Origin: Spirosomataceae bacterium
GTDB taxonomy: Bacteria; Bacteroidota; Bacteroidia; Cytophagales; Spirosomataceae
NCBI GenBank assembly: GCA_046295175.1
Contig: JBKBNY010000004.1
Span: 35,765 to 99,764 of the forward strand
Length of the DNA stretch: 64,000 bases
Direction: 5' to 3'
The notes beneath the pieces are model-generated. The model ran no database searches. It was given only the letters and a program-made list of their open reading frames with translations, and was not told where the DNA came from. Shown here piece by piece: positions 29,827 to 39,700 of this stretch (positions within the stretch are counted from its first letter, which is position 1; every line of letters begins with the position of its first letter). A program made the translations under genes and the position numbers.

Positions 29827-30546
29827 ATGCAAGAAAAACATATAAAATTCTATTCACATATATTGGGTCGTGATATGGATTTACTCGTAAGTGGGCATTG
29901 GGGATACCCCGTATTGATGTTTCCAACTTCGATGGGAAATTACCTTCAAAATCGCGACTTCGGCTTAAATAATTCAATTGCCAATTTAGTTGATTCTGGA
30001 AAAGTAAAATTATACAATATTGATAGTATTGATTTCCAAAGTTTCTATGCCAAAGATTTAGCCCCGGGAATCAAAATCTACAATTATAATCTCTACACCC
30101 GTTTTCTGAAAGAAGAACTCGTACCATCGATTCAAAGAGAATGCTCAACGCACCGAGTTGCAGTAGCCGGAGCAAGTTTTGGAGGATACCACTGCACAAA
30201 TTTTGCATTCAAATACCCAGATTTAGTATCACATTGTTTTAGTTTGAGTGGTTCTTTCAATATCAAATCTTTTATGAAAGGATACTACGACGATAACGTT
30301 TATTTCAACAATCCGGTAGATTTTATGCCAAATGCCGAAAGTTGGAAATACAATCACATGAGCGTTGTTCTTGGTACTTCTGACTGGGATATTTGCCGTC
30401 AAGACAATATTGATATGTCAAGAATTTTGGCATCGAAAGGGATAAATCATTGGTACGATGAAAAAAAATGGGCAAGTCACGATTGGCCATTATGGAACAT
30501 GATGTTTCCTGAATACATCGGAAAGATGGTTGCAGGAGAACTTTAA
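29827..30546 (+). CDS. Esterase-family alpha/beta hydrolase (cytoplasmic)
   Basis: 239 aa with the GASFGG nucleophile elbow and no signal peptide. Confidence 0.6.
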   Translation: MQEKHIKFYSHILGRDMDLLVSGHWGYPVLMFPTSMGNYLQNRDFGLNNSIANLVDSGKVKLYNIDSIDFQSFYAKDLAPGIKIYNYNLYTRFLKEELVPSIQRECSTHRVAVAGASFGGYHCTNFAFKYPDLVSHCFSLSGSFNIKSFMKGYYDDNVYFNNPVDFMPNAESWKYNHMSVVLGTSDWDICRQDNIDMSRILASKGINHWYDEKKWASHDWPLWNMMFPEYIGKMVAGEL

Positions 30547-30602
30547 AAACTGTTAAACTCAAGAAACAAGCAAATAACAAATAAAAATAAGATTTGACCT
30601 TT

Positions 30603-31664
30603 ATGAAAAAAATAGGAATACTTTTCGGAATGGAAGATACTTTCCCGTGGGCATTTATCGAACAAGTTAATAAAACTGCTCCGTCGGGAATCATCGCCGA
30701 ACCAGTTTCAATTGATAAAGTTGAGCAAGGAGTAGCTACTGATTATGCCGTTATCATCGACCGTATTTCGCAAGATGTACCATTCTATCGTGCATATTTG
30801 AAAAATGCCGCCCTTTGCGGAACAGCCGTTATCAACAACCCATTTTGGTGGAGTGCCGATGAGAAATTCTTTAATAACTGTTTGGCTGTAAAATTGGGTG
30901 TACCAGTTCCGAATACGGTTTTGTTGCCATCGAAAGAAAGACCAACCGATACTACCGATAAATCATTCAGAAATCTAAAATTCCCGATGGATTGGGAATA
31001 TATGTTTGGTAAAATTGGTTTTCCGGCCTACATGAAACCTCACGCGGGTGGTGGCTGGAAAAGCGTTTACAAAGTAAATGACCCACATGATTTGTGGATG
31101 AAACACGAAGAGACTGGTCAGTTGGTGATGCTTCTACAAGAAGAAGTTATCTTCACCGATTACTACCGTTGTTATTGTTTAAATGGCAAATATGTGCATA
31201 TCATGCCTTATGAACCACGCAATCCGCATCATTTGCGTTATGCAACTCAACCAAAAACTCAAGGCGAGGAGCATAAAAAATTGATGGCGACGATTACCGA
31301 TTACGTACTGAGATTGAATAAAGCCTTAGGATACGATTTTAATACAGTTGAATTTGCGGTTCGTGATGGAATTCCTTACGCAATTGATTTCTGTAATCCT
31401 GCACCAGACGCTGATGTGCATTCAGTTGGTCAACAAAACTTTGATTGGATTGTAGAAAATGCAGCTAAAATGGCAATTGAAAGAACAATTGAGCATCAAG
31501 AAGGTAAAAACAACTGTACTTGGGGTAATTTCGTTTGGGGTGCTGTGATGGGTAAAGGCGAAGAACATTTGGCAAAAGGTAATGTTGAGCCAGCTTCAAA
31601 ACCCAAAAAAGAGGCTGCTCCGAAAGCTGAAACCAAAAAACCAGCCGCAAAAAAATCGAAATAA
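30603..31664 (+). CDS. ATP-grasp amidoligase (RimK/glutathione-synthetase-like) with a Lys/Ala/Pro-rich C-terminal tail
   Basis: The track ORF starts at a TTG (30594); the ATG at 30603 (MKKIGILFG) is preferred. Motifs: FPAYMKPHAGGGWKSVYKV (Lys plus Gly-rich loop) and VEFAVRDGIPYAIDFCN (Mg-binding E/N). The tail reads ..KPKKEAAPKAETKKPAAKKSK. Confidence 0.7.
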   Translation: MKKIGILFGMEDTFPWAFIEQVNKTAPSGIIAEPVSIDKVEQGVATDYAVIIDRISQDVPFYRAYLKNAALCGTAVINNPFWWSADEKFFNNCLAVKLGVPVPNTVLLPSKERPTDTTDKSFRNLKFPMDWEYMFGKIGFPAYMKPHAGGGWKSVYKVNDPHDLWMKHEETGQLVMLLQEEVIFTDYYRCYCLNGKYVHIMPYEPRNPHHLRYATQPKTQGEEHKKLMATITDYVLRLNKALGYDFNTVEFAVRDGIPYAIDFCNPAPDADVHSVGQQNFDWIVENAAKMAIERTIEHQEGKNNCTWGNFVWGAVMGKGEEHLAKGNVEPASKPKKEAAPKAETKKPAAKKSK

Positions 31665-31678
31665 TCAAAAATTTATAG

Positions 31679-31708
31679 AAAGGAGATGCAAAATGTATCT
31701 CCTTTTTT
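31679..31708 (+). terminator. Intrinsic terminator after the ATP-grasp gene
   Basis: AAAGGAGAT pairs with ATCTCCTTT, followed by a T-run. Confidence 0.7.
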
Positions 31709-31865
31709 ATATTTTTAGATAAATTTGATTAAAGTTATTGTCTAAAAAGAAAAAGAACAGATTGAATCCCTGAAAATTGATGGAGATTTTTGGTATCAAA
31801 TTCATCACTTTTAAAGAAAACATACTTTAACCCAATTACCCATTTATTAAACCGAAGAATTTCAG

Positions 31866-32963
31866 ATGGCATTATTTACACTTGGCATTGAGGAGGAATT
31901 TCAAACAATTGACCCCAAAACTCGCGAATTACGCTCACACATGGCTAAAATTGTGGAGGGTGGACAAGTAATTTTACAAGAGCGAATCAAACAAGAGATG
32001 CACCAAGCGGTTGTTGAGATGATTTCTAATGTTTGTGAAAATATTCAACAAGCCCGCGAAGAAGTTACGTATCTTCGCAAAATGCTGCTCGATTTAGCTG
32101 GCAAACAAGGACTCAAAATCGCTGCGGCGGGTACACACCCATTCTCCGATTGGCAGAAACAACTTATAACAGATAATCCACGCTACGAACAACTTATTGA
32201 TGATATGCGTGATGTGGCTCGTTCAAATCTCATTTTTGGATTGCACGTTCACGTAGGTATTCCTAACCGTGAAGAAGGTATCAGAATTTTGAATACTGCA
32301 AGATACTTTCTACCACATATTTATGCCCTTTCTACTAATTCGCCTTTCTGGTGTGGCCGAAATACAGGTTTTAAATCGTATCGTTCTAAGGTTTTTGATA
32401 AATTTCCTCGCACAGGTATTCCAGATTTCTTTGCAAGTGCCGCCGAGTATGACAGCTACATTAATCTTTTGGTGAAGACAAATTGTATTGATAATGGCAA
32501 GAAAATTTGGTGGGATATTCGTTTGCACCCTTATTATCCAACCATCGAGTTCCGCATCTGTGATATTCCGATGCGAGTAGATGAAACCATCTGTTTAGCG
32601 GCATTAATGCAAGCAATTGTAGCCAAGATTCATAAGCTACATCAGAAAAACCTAAGTTTTAGACAGTACCGCCGAATATTAATTAGTGAAAATAAATGGC
32701 GTGCTGCTCGCTATGGAATCTCAGCCAAATTGATTGATTTTGGTAAAGAAGAAGAGGTGCCATATAGCAGTTTGGCAGAAGAACTACTCGAATTTATTGA
32801 TGATGTAGTAGATGAATTAGGAAGCCGTAAGGAGGTTGAGTATATCCACGAAATCTTACGAATGGGTACTGGTGCCGACCGCCAATTGAAGGTTTTTGAG
32901 CATACACAGAGTCTAAAATCGGTCGTAGATTATATTTGTGACGAAACAAGACACGGACTTTAG
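31866..32963 (+). CDS. Carboxylate-amine ligase, YbdK / glutamate-cysteine ligase family 2 (GCS2)
   Basis: 365 aa with N-terminal FTLGIEEEFQ, plus GLHVHVG and WWDIRLHP..PTIEFRICD, typical of GCS2. Confidence 0.85.
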   Translation: MALFTLGIEEEFQTIDPKTRELRSHMAKIVEGGQVILQERIKQEMHQAVVEMISNVCENIQQAREEVTYLRKMLLDLAGKQGLKIAAAGTHPFSDWQKQLITDNPRYEQLIDDMRDVARSNLIFGLHVHVGIPNREEGIRILNTARYFLPHIYALSTNSPFWCGRNTGFKSYRSKVFDKFPRTGIPDFFASAAEYDSYINLLVKTNCIDNGKKIWWDIRLHPYYPTIEFRICDIPMRVDETICLAALMQAIVAKIHKLHQKNLSFRQYRRILISENKWRAARYGISAKLIDFGKEEEVPYSSLAEELLEFIDDVVDELGSRKEVEYIHEILRMGTGADRQLKVFEHTQSLKSVVDYICDETRHGL

Positions 32964-32976
32964 GTAATTTTTAAGT

Positions 32977-32984
32977 AATTTTGC
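32977..32984 (+). promoter_or_regulatory. -7 promoter box (TAATTTTG)
   Basis: Matches TAnnTTTG, 55 nt upstream of the ATG at 33039. A short hairpin (AAACGACTT/AAGTCGTTT, 32991-33011) lies between the box and the ATG. Confidence 0.4.
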
Positions 32985-33038
32985 ATTGTAAAACGACTTT
33001 TTAAGTCGTTTATATGTGTTATTATTAATGATAAAGTA

Positions 33039-33860
33039 ATGAATCATTTACGAATTGCCATCTTAGATATGTACAACGGGCATCAAAATGAAGGGATGCG
33101 TTGTATCAAAATGCTTGTAGGACAGTTCTTGAGTCAAGAAGGTATTAAAGGCAATTACGATATTTTTGATGTAAGAAAAGAGAATCAGATTCCAGATTTG
33201 AGTTATGATATTTATATTTCTTCGGGTGGACCGGGTAATCCTTTGAGAGAGGGACATGCTTGGGAGGCTCCATACTATCAATTCATCGAATCTGTCTTTG
33301 ATTACAACAATAAAAACGAAGAGAAAAAATATCTTTTCTTGATTTGTCACTCATTTCAGATGGTCACTCACCATCTCGGTTTTGGAGAGGTAACTAAACG
33401 CCGTTCGACTTCGTTTGGGGTGATGCCTATTCACAAAGAATTCGATGGTGATTCAGAACCACTATTTGCTGAATTACCCGACCCGTTTTATGCAGTTGAT
33501 TCTCGTGATTATCAGTTGATTCAACCAAATTGGCAAAAAATCAATCGTTTTGGGGCAAAATTATTGTGCCTCGAAAAGATTAGACCACACGTTGATTTGG
33601 AACGAGCAATCATGGCGATACGTTTTTCGGATGAAGTTTTCGGTACACAATTTCACCCTGAAGCCGATTCAGAGGGGATGTCACGGTATTTCAAAACCGA
33701 AGAAAAGAAAAAAGCCGTGATTGATAATTATGGCGAAGAAAAATATTACGAAATGATTGACCGTCTCGACGACCCCGATAAGATTATGTTGACGGAGTCG
33801 GTGATTATTCCAACTTTTTTGAGAAAAGCTGCCGAGAACCTATTAGGTGTTGCGGTCTGA
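33039..33860 (+). CDS. Class-I glutamine amidotransferase / peptidase C26-like protein
   Basis: 273 aa. A Cys nucleophile sits in LFLICHSFQM and the His-Glu pair in GTQFHPEAD. Confidence 0.8.
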   Translation: MNHLRIAILDMYNGHQNEGMRCIKMLVGQFLSQEGIKGNYDIFDVRKENQIPDLSYDIYISSGGPGNPLREGHAWEAPYYQFIESVFDYNNKNEEKKYLFLICHSFQMVTHHLGFGEVTKRRSTSFGVMPIHKEFDGDSEPLFAELPDPFYAVDSRDYQLIQPNWQKINRFGAKLLCLEKIRPHVDLERAIMAIRFSDEVFGTQFHPEADSEGMSRYFKTEEKKKAVIDNYGEEKYYEMIDRLDDPDKIMLTESVIIPTFLRKAAENLLGVAV

Positions 33861-33877
33861 AATATATGTGAGAATTC

Positions 33878-35071
33878 ATGGTATCTGAAATCCGAAAAAA
33901 ATATAATGAGAGTTTTTCAGTCGAAAAATATGATGCATTTATAGCATCAATTAAAGCCGATTATCCCGAAAAACTTGACTTTAGAGTAGCCGAAACCCCA
34001 GTTTTTGTACCGAAAGACTTAAAAATAAAAGTCTTACAGGCTTGTAACGACATCATTGATGTTTTGGTAAAAGATGATTTCAAGACCAAAACCGAAGCGG
34101 CAATTCCTCCAAATCAAAGAGTACCAAATGAAAATACTCATACTTCGTTTTTGGCTATTGACTTTGCAGTTTGTAAAGACGAAAATGGAGTTTTGAATCC
34201 GCAATTGATTGAATTACAAGGATTTCCTTCTCTTTTTGGTTATCAAAATTTTATTGCAAAAAAATATCGAGATTTTTTTGAGGTTCCTGAAAATTACATT
34301 CATTTTTTTAATCGAATTGATGAAAAAACGTATATTGATGAACTAAAAAAACTTATTGTTGCCGACGAAAACCCCGAAAACTGTATTCTCCTCGAAATAT
34401 TTCCAGAAAAGCAAAAAACACGTATCGACTTCGCCATAACCAAAGATATGATTGGAGTTGAAGCCGTTTGCTACACCAAAATCATTAAAGAAGGGCGAAA
34501 GATTTATTATGAAAAAGATGGTCAAATGATTCAAATAAAAAGAATCTATAACCGACTAATTTTTGATGAATTAGACCACTACCCAAACCTCGAAACATCA
34601 TTTAAAATGACTGATGATGTTGATGTCACATGGGTTGCACATCCGAATTGGTTTTTCAGAATTAGCAAATATACTCTTCCATTGTTGAATAGTCCTTTCG
34701 TGCCAAAATCTCATTTTTTATCAGATTTGAAGGAATATCCATCCGATTTAGAGAATTACGTACTTAAGCCTTTGTTTTCTTTTGCGGGTAGCGGTGTCAA
34801 AATAAACATTACAAAGGATGATTTAGACGAGATTACCGATAAAGAAAACTATTTGCTTCAACGCAAGGTTAAATACGAACCAGTCATTGAAGACCCCGAA
34901 GGTAAATTAATCAAATGCGAATTAAGAATGCTTTACGTTTGGCATGAGGACTCCCCTCGCCCAAAGTTATTAACCAATTTGGCTCGGTTGAGTCGTGGTG
35001 AAATGATTGGAGTAAATTTCAATAAAAACTTCGATTGGGTGGGTGGTACAGTTGGATTTTATGAATCTTAA
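33878..35071 (+). CDS. ATP-grasp-like protein of unknown function (glutathionylspermidine-synthase-like or circularly permuted ATP-grasp-like)
   Basis: 397 aa. YVLKPLFSFAGSGVKI resembles the vxKPxxgxxGxxv strand-loop of GspS/CP-ATP-grasp enzymes. LIELQGFPS and ELRMLYVW are also present. The assignment is weak without a profile search. Confidence 0.4.
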   Translation: MVSEIRKKYNESFSVEKYDAFIASIKADYPEKLDFRVAETPVFVPKDLKIKVLQACNDIIDVLVKDDFKTKTEAAIPPNQRVPNENTHTSFLAIDFAVCKDENGVLNPQLIELQGFPSLFGYQNFIAKKYRDFFEVPENYIHFFNRIDEKTYIDELKKLIVADENPENCILLEIFPEKQKTRIDFAITKDMIGVEAVCYTKIIKEGRKIYYEKDGQMIQIKRIYNRLIFDELDHYPNLETSFKMTDDVDVTWVAHPNWFFRISKYTLPLLNSPFVPKSHFLSDLKEYPSDLENYVLKPLFSFAGSGVKINITKDDLDEITDKENYLLQRKVKYEPVIEDPEGKLIKCELRMLYVWHEDSPRPKLLTNLARLSRGEMIGVNFNKNFDWVGGTVGFYES

Positions 35072-35073
35072 TG

Positions 35074-35134
35074 GTAGAACGGGTTTTCAACCCGTTTATA
35101 AATGATTTACAAACGGGTTGAAAACCCGTTCTAC
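35074..35134. repeat. Perfect 24-bp inverted repeat (13-nt spacer), each arm itself a hairpin
   Basis: GTAGAACGGGTTTTCAACCCGTTT (35074-35097) is the exact reverse complement of AAACGGGTTGAAAACCCGTTCTAC (35111-35134). Each arm contains AACGGGTT/AACCCGTT. Confidence 0.85.
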
Positions 35135-35141
35135 ATAGAAA

Positions 35142-36335
35142 ATGACAAATCGTCAATTATTTTTAAGCAATTTAGCACAGACTTCTGAATTTCCGTTAGC
35201 CCTTGAAATTGAAAAAGCCGAGGGTATTTATTTGATTGACAAAAACGGAAAAAAATACATAGATTTTATTTCTGGGATTGGTGTCAGTAATGTTGGGCAC
35301 CGTCACCCAAAAGTTGTCGAAGCCATCAAATATCAAGTAGATAAATACATGCACTTGATGGTGTATGGTGAGTACATACAATCTCCACAAGTACTTTTGG
35401 CAAGTGCCTTGATTCAAACACTAAACAACTTCAAAACACCTTCAAACTTACAACTTGATAATGTTTACTTTACAAATTCGGGTACTGAGGCGGTCGAAGG
35501 TGCAATGAAATTGGCAAAACGTTTTACTGGTCGTCCCGAAATTATCGCATTTAATCGTTCTTATCACGGAAGTACGCAGGGTGCCTTATCTTTGGGTGAT
35601 GAGCATTTTAAAAGAAATTACCGTCCGCTTCTGCCAGAGATTAAAAAATTAAATCGAGGAGTTTTTGAAGAATTGGATAAAATATCGAATCGTACGGCTG
35701 CGGTAATTTTTGAGCCAGTGGGAGGTGAATCGGGTATCAGAGTTACAACAACTGAATATATCTCCGCACTCCGAAAAAGATGCGATGAAGTTGGAGCGGT
35801 ATTGATTTTTGATGAAATCCAATCTGGGTTTGGCAGGACTGGCAAATTTTGGGCATTTGAGCATTTTGGAGTTACACCTGATATTTTACTTTGTGCCAAA
35901 GGGATGGGGGGGGGAATGCCTATCGGTGCATTTATTGCCCCTCAACAACTGATGGCAGTATTTAAAGATAACCCAATTTTGGGGCATATAACTACTTTTG
36001 GTGGACATCCCGTTAGTTGTGCGGCTTCATTGGCAACATTGACAACAATTATTGAAGAGAATTTATTGGATGAAATCGAAGAAAAATCAAATCTAATAAA
36101 ATCACTTTTGATTCACCCAAAAATCAAAGAAGTACGAGGAAAAGGTTTAATGATGGCTGCTGAATTTGCTAATTTTGATGAATTAAAGCCAATTATTGAC
36201 CGTTCGATAGAAAAAGGTGTCATTACCGATTGGTTTTTATACTGTGATAATTCGATGCGAATAGCTCCACCATTAACAATTACATTTGATGAAATTAGAG
36301 TGGCTTGTGGTATAATTTTAGAAAGTATTTCATAA
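35142..36335 (+). CDS. Class-III (acetylornithine/GABA/putrescine-type) PLP aminotransferase
   Basis: 397 aa with GIGVSNVGHRHP, FTNSGTEAVEGAMKLA, IFDEIQSGFGRTG and the LCAKGMGGG PLP-lysine motif. Confidence 0.85.
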   Translation: MTNRQLFLSNLAQTSEFPLALEIEKAEGIYLIDKNGKKYIDFISGIGVSNVGHRHPKVVEAIKYQVDKYMHLMVYGEYIQSPQVLLASALIQTLNNFKTPSNLQLDNVYFTNSGTEAVEGAMKLAKRFTGRPEIIAFNRSYHGSTQGALSLGDEHFKRNYRPLLPEIKKLNRGVFEELDKISNRTAAVIFEPVGGESGIRVTTTEYISALRKRCDEVGAVLIFDEIQSGFGRTGKFWAFEHFGVTPDILLCAKGMGGGMPIGAFIAPQQLMAVFKDNPILGHITTFGGHPVSCAASLATLTTIIEENLLDEIEEKSNLIKSLLIHPKIKEVRGKGLMMAAEFANFDELKPIIDRSIEKGVITDWFLYCDNSMRIAPPLTITFDEIRVACGIILESIS

Positions 36336-36360
36336 AAAAAGCCCCAATCTGGGGCTTTTA
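36334..36360. terminator. Bidirectional terminator between the aminotransferase gene and trxA
   Basis: AAAGCCCC pairs with GGGGCTTT, flanked by an A-run and a T-run. Confidence 0.7.
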
Positions 36361-36365
36361 TATTT

Positions 36366-36701
36366 TTAGAATATCGAGTCGATATGTGCTTCTAATTTCT
36401 GAGTCAAAATGTGTTTCGGAACCGCACCAATGATTTTATCAACAATCTCTCCTTTCTTAAAAATCAACAAAGTTGGAATTGAACGAATTCCGAAGGTTGT
36501 TGGGGTATTTGTGTTACTGTCAACATCCATTTTACCAACAATAGCTTGCTCTTTGTATTCACCAGCGATTTCTTCAACAACTGGTCCAATTTGTTTACAT
36601 GGTCCACACCACTCAGCCCAAAAATCAACTAAAACTGGTTTATCCGAATTGATTAACTCTGCAAAATTTGCATCGGTAATTTCGATAGCATTCTGTGCCA
36701 T
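36366..36701 (-). CDS. trxA: Thioredoxin
   Basis: 111 aa with the WAEWCGPCK active site. Confidence 0.92.
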   Translation of the reverse strand: MAQNAIEITDANFAELINSDKPVLVDFWAEWCGPCKQIGPVVEEIAGEYKEQAIVGKMDVDSNTNTPTTFGIRSIPTLLIFKKGEIVDKIIGAVPKHILTQKLEAHIDSIF

Positions 36702-36789
36702 ATTACGTTTATCCGCCGCAGCGGAAAGTTTATTTGTTTATTAATTATTAATCTAATTATAAAACAAAAGTGTACTTGGCAAAAGTTCC

Positions 36790-39700
36790 TTATGCAAACA
36801 CAACGTTATCATTGCCAATAAGTTCTTTTAATTCTTTGGCTAAATCATTGCTAAGAGCAACTTTACCTTTTCGCATCAAAAGTTGTACATCAATGTTTTC
36901 GGACGGGTCAATCACCTTTAGCTTGAAATCAAAAGTACCTGGGTAACGGTCGGTAATATCATTGATTTGATTAACCAATTCGGCATTGATGGATTGAATT
37001 CCGAGAGAAATTTTTATTTCTTTGAACAATTTATTGCGAATCTCACTCAAAAGCTCCATTTGTAAGGGTTTAAATTCTAATTCGTCTTGTCTGCCCCAAC
37101 GACCTTGTAGTTTTCCTCTGATAAACAAGAATAGTCCGACTTGTAGAAACTTTGAAAAATTGACATAATCTTGCCCAAAAAGTGCCATTTCAGTCGCCGA
37201 AGTATAATCTTCAATTTTGAAAATTGCAAACGGATTACCATTTTTTGATTGTCGAATCTGTACGCTCGACACAACACCCCCAATTGCAAATTCTTTATGA
37301 TGATTTTGAGGCTCCATAATTTGGTCGAGCGGAACACAACGGCTCATTTCCATTCGGAATTCATCGAGGGGATGGCCCGAAATATAAAACCCTACAACTT
37401 CTTTCTCAAATTTCAATTTTTGAATATCGCCCCAAGGCTCAACCACTGGAATCTTAGGACGGGCAATATCGAAACCACTTCCGCCTCCTAATGCACCAAA
37501 TAGTGAATTTTGCCCTGCTGATGCATTTTCATGGTATTTGTTGGCGTACCGAATTAGTTTTTCGATGAATGAACTTCCATCAGCTTCGTCAAAATAAATG
37601 GCTCGGTGAATATCCTCAAAACAATCAAATGCACCCGCATAAGCCATTGATTCTAAAGACTTTTTATTGACAGTCCTCAAATTCACACGTGTGATGAAAT
37701 CAAAAATGTCTTTGAAAGGGCCATTTTTGGTGCGTTCTTCGATAATATTGTCAATTGCCGCATCACCAGTACCTTTGATTCCACCCAATCCAAAACGGAT
37801 TTCTCCTTTCTTATTTACACCAAATTTTTTAATTGATTCGTTCACATCAGGCCCTAAAACTGGGATTCCGAGAGCTTTACATTCTTCAAGGAAGAATGTA
37901 ATCTTTTCGATGTTGCCCAATTGCGATGTCAAGACCGCCGACATGTATTCGCCCGGATAATGTGCTTTTAAATAGGCTGTCTGGTATGCAACAAAAGCAT
38001 AGCAAGTTGAGTGCGATTTATTGAAAGCATAAGAAGCAAATGCCTCCCAGTCTGTCCAGATTTTTTCAAGTGTTTTTTCGGGATGCCCTTTTGCTTTTGC
38101 TCCCTCAATAAACTGAGGCTTGAGTTTATCGAGGGTTTTACGGTCTTTTTTTCCCATCGCTTTTCTCAGAACGTCAGCATCACCTTTAGAGAAACCAGCC
38201 AATTTTTGCGAAAGCAACATCACCTGCTCTTGGTAAACCGTAATACCATAGGTTTCACTCAAAAACTCCTCCATATCTGGCAAATCGTACGTAATTTCTT
38301 CACGACCATGCTTACGATTGATGAAGTTGGGAATATACGCAATCGGCCCCGGACGGTATAAAGCGTTCATTGCAATGAGGTCATCCAAACGGTCAGGTTT
38401 CAAATCTTTCATGTATTTTTTCATACCGTCGGATTCAAACTGGAAAACCGCGTTTGTTTCGCCTCTCTGCAACAATTCGTAGGTCAATTTATCATCGAGC
38501 GGAATCGAATCAATGTCAAATTCGCCTTTATCGTCTAATGGAATATCATCAATGTTTGTACCGTAATTTTCTTTAATCATCCGCAAGCAATCCTTGATGA
38601 TTGTCAAGTTTCTCAGACCCAAAAAGTCCATCTTGATAACTCCTGCATCCTCGATGATTTTCCCTTCATATTGAGTAACCAAAAGGTCAGAATCTTTGGC
38701 AGTTGCTACTGGCAAAATTGTGGTCAAATCATCAGGGGCAATGATGATGCCTGCGGCGTGGATACCCGTATTTCGGATGTTTCCTTCGAGTTTTTCGGCC
38801 TCATGCAATACTTTTGAAGCAAGGTCTTTACCGTTATACAACTCTCGGATTTTCTTAACATTTTCGATTTCATCGGGTGAAAGACCCAATTCTGTCAAAC
38901 TTTTCTCACCCGTTAGAGGTCGATGAATCATCTTCTCAAAATCCATCCCATACGCAGGGCGGTCGGGTACGAGTTTGGCAATGGCATTGGTATCGGCAAG
39001 TGGATATTCCATTACGCGAGCCACATCTTTTATAGAAGATTTGGTGGCCATTGTACCGTAAGTCACAATCTGTGCAACCTGTTGTTTACCGTATTTTTCG
39101 ACCACATAATCAATCACCTTTTGGCGACCTTCGTCATCGAAATCGGTATCAATATCGGGCATTGATTTACGGTCGGGGTTCAAGAAACGCTCAAAAAGTA
39201 GCGAATATTTAATCGGGTCGATATTGGTGATTCCGATACAATACGCAACGGCACTACCAGCCGCCGAGCCACGACCCGGACCAACCATCACACCCAAATC
39301 TCGCCCAGCTTTGATAAAGTCAGATACAATAAGGAAGTATCCTGCAAAACCCATTGTTTTGATTGTAAATAACTCAAAATCAAGGCGTTCTTGAATCTCA
39401 ACCGTTATCTCCGAATATCTTTTTTTCGCCCCCTCGTAGGTTAAATGTTTGAGGTATTCCCATTGGTTTAATACGTCGTCATCGTGTAATTTGAATTCTT
39501 GTGGAATAGGGAAATTCGGCAATAGAATATCTCGCTTTAGCTTCAATGTCTCGACCTTATCAACAATTTCATTTGTGTTATCAATTGATTCGGGTAAGTC
39601 GCTGAAAAGTTGGGTCATTTCAGCCGTATTCTTGAAGTAGAATTGGTCATTATAAAAAGCAAAACGTGTATCTTTTGGCGAACCTTCTTCGTCGTTGAAC

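Noticed and set aside
30323-30694. 123-aa minus-strand ORF bridging the esterase and ATP-grasp genes
   Set aside because: It overlaps two well-supported plus-strand genes and has no motifs.
35074-35134. Palindrome as a tRNA or other known small RNA gene
   Set aside because: It has no cloverleaf, no T-loop (GTTCGAATC-like) or anticodon-arm geometry. It is a simple perfect inverted repeat.
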